Below, in pieces: positions 58,714 through 64,000 of a DNA stretch of 64,000 nucleotides (position 1 is its first letter; each line of letters begins with the position of its first letter). Where the stretch lies: positions 19,128 to 83,127 of the forward strand of contig JAEOTC010000068.1 of assembly GCA_016840035.1 (NCBI GenBank), in the 5' to 3' direction. The notes below the pieces were generated by a model. That model saw only the letters and a program-made list of their open reading frames with translations. It did not search any database and was not told the origin of the DNA. Made by a program: the position numbers and the translations under genes. Source of the DNA: Candidatus Hodarchaeota archaeon. GTDB taxonomy: Archaea; Asgardarchaeota; Heimdallarchaeia; Hodarchaeales; Hodarchaeaceae.

Positions 58714-58935
58714 TGTTAATACTTCTTAGGATTAAAATTATTAAAATCTTCTTAAGCGAAATAATGATCTTTTTGTCTAAATGTCTGTCATTTCATCTAA
58801 TAGCTTAGAAATCTATATCAATCTTTATCTTAGTGCAATCTGTTCGGAAAGGAAACTATTTCCATATAATTTATATTAATTTCTTCGTTTGTGAAGTAAA
58901 CGGAATATTCCTATTTGGAACAACCAATAATAATG

Positions 58936-60939
58936 CTATTGAACACGGTTACCCTTTTCATCCTCGGAGTTGTCTTTCTCAAGAATTTGGGTCACATTTT
59001 CAGCTGCTTTTTTCCTTGATGCGATAAATCGATCTTTGGAAATTTGATCTAATCGATCAACCATAGGTTGTGTCAATAAAGTCCTTGAAGGTATACTCTC
59101 CTGTAGAGTGTGAACTTTTCCCTGATAATAAACTGTTGTGAGGAAAAAGAAAAGCATTCCGATAAAAAATAATGGGAGAATATCATAATGTTCTGGTTTA
59201 CTTTGAAAGCGGTTTAAACTACTATCAAAACTCAAGAGATCTATGTAAAAATCTTTTGTTAAAGAATATGCAGCCCTATAATTCATCTTATTGTACTCAT
59301 TGAGGATGTCGTTATATGAAGCGTTCAAATACAGGAGATAGGTTTGAAGATTAGGATTATAGGTTATGGAGTCAATTCTCTGATATGCATTATTAATTTT
59401 GAATAAAGATGCTTGAAGTAATGTATCGATTTGTCCACGTTGGATATTATCCTTTGCAAAAATACTAAACTTCGAAGCATGAGTATAATAAGTCATAGGA
59501 TCATTTACGAAATTTCCAATCATCCCAAATTGAAACGGATGCATTAAAGCAATTTGATGTCCAAGCTCATGAATTATAGTTTGGGTTAATCCTTGTAAGG
59601 GTTGAGGATTCGATCGATTATTTCCATATGTCAAACCATAGTCGTGACTGATGATGGTTAATGGAATATCATTTGTACCTCTTAATGCGATTCCTAAAAG
59701 GCCTGGTTCCATCTTCGCCTTTTCTGGAATAGCGAAAGTCGCATTGTCAAACAAAAAAGCGAATGTTTGAAAATGAGAGGTATAAAACGCTTTATATTCC
59801 TGTTCAAAATAACGAGAAGATTCTGTATAAAGTTTATAGTACATTGGTAAGAGATCTACAGAATATTCCCAACGTGAATTTTTATTAAATTCTCCCCAAT
59901 GGACTGTTGAATCTTGAACTTCATTGTAAAGATCTGGTATATCAGAAAGGTTAACAAATCTGACTGAAGCTTCAATATTATACCATGGAAGTATATCTCT
60001 AAACACTTCTTCAATGAGGGTGGTGTTAACAGTCCAATCAAGATCTGATGTTGGAATTCCAGTTAAGTTGTTGAGGACTAGAATGTCGAATGCATAGTGA
60101 AGTCCTGTATCGAAGTCACCCATAGGGGTTAAAGGTTTATAAACAAAATCCTGAACCCAGAGGTTTCTCTCAATTTCATATATCCATTCAGCGAGATATT
60201 CTGCTAGTCTATTTCGTCCATATGGAGTATTAAGATTATATAATGATGTCAACTCTTGAATGGTACTATTCTGTCCACTATCTCGTAGGACATAAGAATC
60301 TGCTGATAGATCAAGGTAATACAATCTTTCTTGATTCCCATATCCGATCATATAGTTCCGCCCAAAAGGAGCACCAGAATCTGGATCGATATATGTCTCA
60401 TTATACCAATGCTGTTTGTATTCTGTATCATCGAGATTAGAGAAATTTCCTATTATTAGGCTATATCCAGGGATAGGAACTTCCCCCGTCAGTTGACCAT
60501 AATTATCAGCTAACCATTCAAGAGTATCACTGGCCGAGATATATTTTCCTGTGTCGCTAGTGCCATCAGAATGGTTTATAGTGTCTGGTATAGCAGTGGC
60601 ATTCAAGAATGTAAAAAATGAGGTGTCAAAATTAGTGGGAGCGAGTTCATAAGTATGATTTACAAAGAATAGTTTTTCAGTGTAGTCTTGATCGAAATAA
60701 CTATACACATTTTGTTCAAGCAGTGATTCAGCAAGAGGATTTTGAGGAGTACCAAGAATGGAGCTCATAATGGCGTGATCGAATCCTGTGAATATAATTC
60801 TCGATCTTATTGTACTTGATTGGTAAGGAAAATTAGGTATAGTATAATAATCAGCTGCAACTGGGGTAATATCGATTGTAGCATTAATCAATATTAGAAG
60901 AAGGCCTATAAATACAATTTTTTTTCGATTTGAATTCAT
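58936..60939 (-). CDS. membrane-anchored extracellular zinc metalloprotease, metzincin-like
   Basis: HELGHQIALMH (HExxHxxAxxH) followed by a possible Met-turn DPMTYY. Signal-anchor MNSNRKKIVFIGLLLILINA from the ATG at 60939 (the track ORF extends to 61092). C-terminal TM ILPLFFIGMLFFFLTTVYY. Confidence 0.7.
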   Translation of the reverse strand: MNSNRKKIVFIGLLLILINATIDITPVAADYYTIPNFPYQSSTIRSRIIFTGFDHAIMSSILGTPQNPLAESLLEQNVYSYFDQDYTEKLFFVNHTYELAPTNFDTSFFTFLNATAIPDTINHSDGTSDTGKYISASDTLEWLADNYGQLTGEVPIPGYSLIIGNFSNLDDTEYKQHWYNETYIDPDSGAPFGRNYMIGYGNQERLYYLDLSADSYVLRDSGQNSTIQELTSLYNLNTPYGRNRLAEYLAEWIYEIERNLWVQDFVYKPLTPMGDFDTGLHYAFDILVLNNLTGIPTSDLDWTVNTTLIEEVFRDILPWYNIEASVRFVNLSDIPDLYNEVQDSTVHWGEFNKNSRWEYSVDLLPMYYKLYTESSRYFEQEYKAFYTSHFQTFAFLFDNATFAIPEKAKMEPGLLGIALRGTNDIPLTIISHDYGLTYGNNRSNPQPLQGLTQTIIHELGHQIALMHPFQFGMIGNFVNDPMTYYTHASKFSIFAKDNIQRGQIDTLLQASLFKINNAYQRIDSITYNPNLQTYLLYLNASYNDILNEYNKMNYRAAYSLTKDFYIDLLSFDSSLNRFQSKPEHYDILPLFFIGMLFFFLTTVYYQGKVHTLQESIPSRTLLTQPMVDRLDQISKDRFIASRKKAAENVTQILEKDNSEDEKGNRVQ

Positions 60940-61168
60940 TTTGGGTACACACCAATTCTTGGTGAATAAATTTTCTCTTTTATCTGAATCTGAGATACCA
61001 TGAAGGTTGTTACAGAAAATCTTTGGAATATGAAAAGTTTCACTGATCTGGCAGGATAATCTTAGCTCGATGACTGCTTCAACTAGTACCAATGTTCACC
61101 AAAAAAGGAGTGAAAGAAAAACTCGTGTGAGTTAAAGAGTTTTCTAAGGTTTTTATCCTGACATTTCA

Positions 61169-62173
61169 CTAGTAGCTGTAGTCTGAACCTCCTAATGGGA
61201 AGTGACATGCAATGAAGTGATCTGGAGCAATTTCTTCCAATGGAGGGTCTTCTCGTGAACAAATACCCTTCGCATACATGCATCTAGGAGAGAACCGACA
61301 TCCAGGGGGTGGGAAGATAGGACTAGGGACATCTCCACGGAGAACAAGTCGATCCATCTTTCTCTGAAGATCTAAACTTGGAACAGCTGAAATTAATGCT
61401 TCGGTATACGGATGGGCAAAATTACGGAAGAGTTCCTCAGTTGGAGCTTTTTCGACAATTTTTCCAACATACATTACAGCAACTTCTTGTGTTAAATGCC
61501 GAACAACTCCCAGATCGTGCGCCACAACTAGATAGGTTAGACTAAATTCCTTCTGAAGATCTTGAAGGAGATTCAGTATTTGTGCTTGAATTGATACATC
61601 TAGCGCTGATACAGGTTCATCGGCAACAACAAATTTTGGATTCAGTGCTAGGGCGCGAGCGACTCCAATTCTTTGACGCTGTCCCCCGGAAAACTCATGG
61701 GGAAAACGATAGTAATGGTCAGGAGCAAGTCCTACTGTCTTAAGGAGGTTAAACACGATTTCTGACCGTTCAGTTGCATTTGCAACTCCATGAACCTCTA
61801 GAGGTTCACCGATTATGTCTCCTACACTCATTCGTGGGTCTAAAGAGGAATAGGGGTCTTGGAAAATAATCTGCATATCTTTTCTTAATCGTCTAAGTTT
61901 TCGTCCTCGAAGCCGAGTTATATCCTGTTCTTCAAATATGATTTGACCTTCAGTAGCATTATATAACCTTAAAATACATCGTGCAGTAGTAGTTTTACCA
62001 CAACCTGATTCTCCTACAAGACCAAGGGTGCTTCCTCTTTTGATTTTAAAGCTTACATCATCCACAGCTCTTAGTGTGAGAGTATCAGAAGAAAAGAGGC
62101 CTTTTGATACTTCAAAGTACATTTTTAAGTTATTTACTTCAAGTATTGTTTCTGGTTCCATAGTTGTTTTCAC
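61169..62173 (-). CDS. oligopeptide/dipeptide ABC transporter ATP-binding protein (OppF/DppF-like)
   Basis: Walker A GESGCGKTT, signature FSGGQRQR, Walker B VVADEP and the Opp C-terminal domain HPYTEALISAVP. Confidence 0.95.
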   Translation of the reverse strand: MKTTMEPETILEVNNLKMYFEVSKGLFSSDTLTLRAVDDVSFKIKRGSTLGLVGESGCGKTTTARCILRLYNATEGQIIFEEQDITRLRGRKLRRLRKDMQIIFQDPYSSLDPRMSVGDIIGEPLEVHGVANATERSEIVFNLLKTVGLAPDHYYRFPHEFSGGQRQRIGVARALALNPKFVVADEPVSALDVSIQAQILNLLQDLQKEFSLTYLVVAHDLGVVRHLTQEVAVMYVGKIVEKAPTEELFRNFAHPYTEALISAVPSLDLQRKMDRLVLRGDVPSPIFPPPGCRFSPRCMYAKGICSREDPPLEEIAPDHFIACHFPLGGSDYSY

Positions 62174-62175
62174 TC

Positions 62176-63156
62176 CTAGCTATATAGATGACATGATACA
62201 AGATGTCCTGGTTCAAATTCGAATGTTTCTGGATATGCTTCTCGACATTTGGACATTGCTTTTGAGCAACGAGGATGAAAAGGACAACCTGTGGGAGGAT
62301 TGATTAAGTCAGGTACATCTCCTGGAATTGGTACAAGACGCTCGCGTCTCTGTGAGATTTTCGGTATTGATGCATGTAGTCCAAGAGTGTAAGGATGCTT
62401 TGGATTCTCAAAAATGTGTTCAACCAGGCCGAACTCGACAATTCTCCCTGCGTACATAACTGCGACTTTTTGACACAGCTCTACAACTAATCCTAAATTG
62501 TGAGTAATTAGGATGAGTGATGTCTGAATCTCTTCCATCAAGTTTGCCATGATTTCTAAAATCTGGGCTTGAATGGTAACATCTAAAGCTGTGGTCGGTT
62601 CATCGGCAATCAGTAGGCTTGGATTGCAGGAAAGTGCCATCGCAATTCCAACTCGTTGGCGCATTCCACCACTGAGCTGATGAGGGTAGTTTTCAACTCG
62701 ATCTCGTGGATTAGGGAGACTCACCAAACTGAAATAGTCAATGACTTTTTCTAATATTTCATGTTTTGTTAGATTTTGATGTAGCGCAATTGCCTCAGAA
62801 ACCTGCTCTCCAACAGTTAGAACTGGATTGAGAGAGGTCATAGGATCTTGGAAAATCATTGAAATTCGATTTCCACGAATTGCACGCATTTCAGCAGTTG
62901 AAATCTGATTAGAACCTAAGAGTTCAATTCCATCAAACTCAACAACCCCGCTCTCAATCTTCCCCGGGGGTGAAGGTATCAATCGCATTAGTGAGAGAGC
63001 AGAGACACTTTTTCCACAGCCTGATTCACCGACAAGACCTAGGCTTTCACTACGATTTATCGAGTAAGTTACTCCATTAACCGCTTTTACTACACCTTTC
63101 TTAGTATAGAAATATGTTCTAAGATCATTGACATCAAGTAAAGTTCCAGTTGCCAT
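62176..63156 (-). CDS. oligopeptide/dipeptide ABC transporter ATP-binding protein (OppD/DppD-like)
   Basis: Walker [10 protein letters not shown], signature LSGGMRQR, Walker B LIADEP and [12 protein letters not shown]. Confidence 0.95.
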   Translation of the reverse strand: MATGTLLDVNDLRTYFYTKKGVVKAVNGVTYSINRSESLGLVGESGCGKSVSALSLMRLIPSPPGKIESGVVEFDGIELLGSNQISTAEMRAIRGNRISMIFQDPMTSLNPVLTVGEQVSEAIALHQNLTKHEILEKVIDYFSLVSLPNPRDRVENYPHQLSGGMRQRVGIAMALSCNPSLLIADEPTTALDVTIQAQILEIMANLMEEIQTSLILITHNLGLVVELCQKVAVMYAGRIVEFGLVEHIFENPKHPYTLGLHASIPKISQRRERLVPIPGDVPDLINPPTGCPFHPRCSKAMSKCREAYPETFEFEPGHLVSCHLYS

Positions 63157-63161
63157 AGTGA

Positions 63162-64000
63162 TTACACATCCGTTGTTCGTGGATCTAAAACGTCACGAAG
63201 CCAATCTCCAATCAGATTAAATCCTAAAACGACAATAAATATTGCGAATCCAGGCCAAAACATAACATGAGGAGCATGGAAGAAGTATAAACGAGCACTG
63301 TTCATATCACCACCCCAGTCTGGCTGTCCTGGGCGTGCACCCAAACCAATAAAACTAAGGCCAGCTGTACTCATTATTGCTCCACCAATCCCCATTGTTG
63401 CATAAACCAGAACAATAGGGAATACATTTGGAAGGATATGTTTCCGAATAATCCGTACCTCGTTCGAACCTGTTGCTCGTGCTGCTTCAATGAAATCCAT
63501 TTCTCTAACAGAAAGGACCGATCCACGAAGGATTCGCGCATAACCTGGGATGCCCATAAAACCTACAAAAAACATGGCTATAAACAAGGTATACCTTCCT
63601 GCAGGGTTCCAAGGTTGATCGCTGAGCGCAGCCACAATTATAAGCAGCATGAAGAAACTTGGAATTGACATCCACGCATCAACTACTCGCATTAGGATAT
63701 TATCTACTGTTCCACCAAGATATCCAGAAACAGAGCCTAACAATATCCCTCCAAACAAGCCCACAGTTATTGATAACACACCCGCAAATAATGCACTCCG
63801 TGCTCCATAGATAATTCTTGATAAAATATCTTCTCCAGCCCAATTAGTTCCAAGGATTAAAGGAAAAGTTTTATTGTCCGCAAACGTTTGATCGCCTGTT
63901 ACCGTTGTCAAGGGTTCGGCAAATTGGGGCATTCCGTCCCAATAATCATCCTGGGTTGGATGATAAGGAGCGATCACTTCTCCAAATACTGCTGTGATTA
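63162..64000 (-). CDS. ABC transporter permease (OppC/DppC-like), N-terminus beyond the right edge
   Basis: The BPD-transport inner-membrane component pattern includes EAARATGSNEVRIIRKHILPN. The reading frame stays open through 64000 (..ITAVFGEVIAPYHP), so the track's ATG at 63977 is probably internal. Confidence 0.9.
   Translation of the reverse strand, partial: ITAVFGEVIAPYHPTQDDYWDGMPQFAEPLTTVTGDQTFADNKTFPLILGTNWAGEDILSRIIYGARSALFAGVLSITVGLFGGILLGSVSGYLGGTVDNILMRVVDAWMSIPSFFMLLIIVAALSDQPWNPAGRYTLFIAMFFVGFMGIPGYARILRGSVLSVREMDFIEAARATGSNEVRIIRKHILPNVFPIVLVYATMGIGGAIMSTAGLSFIGLGARPGQPDWGGDMNSARLYFFHAPHVMFWPGFAIFIVVLGFNLIGDWLRDVLDPRTTDV

Noticed and set aside
58902-58911. A perfect 10-bp palindrome GGAATATTCC between the protease and transglutaminase-like genes.
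   Set aside because: A single short AT-rich palindrome is plausible by chance, and no second copy was seen nearby.
1-64000. tRNA, rRNA and CRISPR arrays, and transposase or integrase genes.
   Set aside because: Scanning intergenic regions by eye showed no T-arm-like GGTTCGAATCC motif, no acceptor-stem pairing and no regularly spaced direct repeats. No ORF had transposase or integrase motifs. Absence is by inspection only and should be confirmed with tRNAscan-SE, Infernal or a CRISPR finder.

Overview
This is an AT-rich archaeal chromosomal segment (roughly one third GC by eye), densely packed with about 48 protein-coding genes. I found no rRNA, tRNA or CRISPR array. Archaeal identity rests on transcription factor B, glycerol-1-phosphate dehydrogenase, archaeosine tRNA-guanine transglycosylase, a geranylgeranyl reductase, UPF0215/DUF99 and a class III (type IV pilin-like) signal peptide. 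These markers occur alongside an MglA-type small GTPase, a Roadblock/LC7-like protein, an arrestin-like two-lobed protein, several giant sequon-rich surface proteins and many zinc-ribbon fusions. To me this suggests an Asgard (Lokiarchaeia-like) genome, but that is inference only, since the window has no rRNA to confirm it. Housekeeping genes include argS, egsA, rnhB, a phosphohexomutase, lipA, tfb, a polyprenyl synthase, tgtA, hutU and an Opp/Dpp ABC transporter. The clearest mobile elements are two inteins in the class II ribonucleotide reductase gene. One carries a LAGLIDADG endonuclease (40012-41463) and the other an HNH endonuclease (41926-43302). My best candidate for an undescribed system is the co-directional cluster at 53105-57953 plus the convergent gene at 57964-58713. 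It encodes a ChlI/ChlD-like AAA+/vWA protein whose linker is replaced by transmembrane helices, an arrestin-fold protein 7 nt downstream, small membrane proteins, and a transglutaminase-like membrane protease. Secondary candidates are a Roadblock + coiled-coil pair (26682-28369), tandem zinc-ribbon/coiled-coil paralogs (21864-22888), a proline-rich protein with short repeated motifs (627-1475), and a BshC-like protein (8961-10646). All family assignments come from motifs I recognise by eye. No database search was run.
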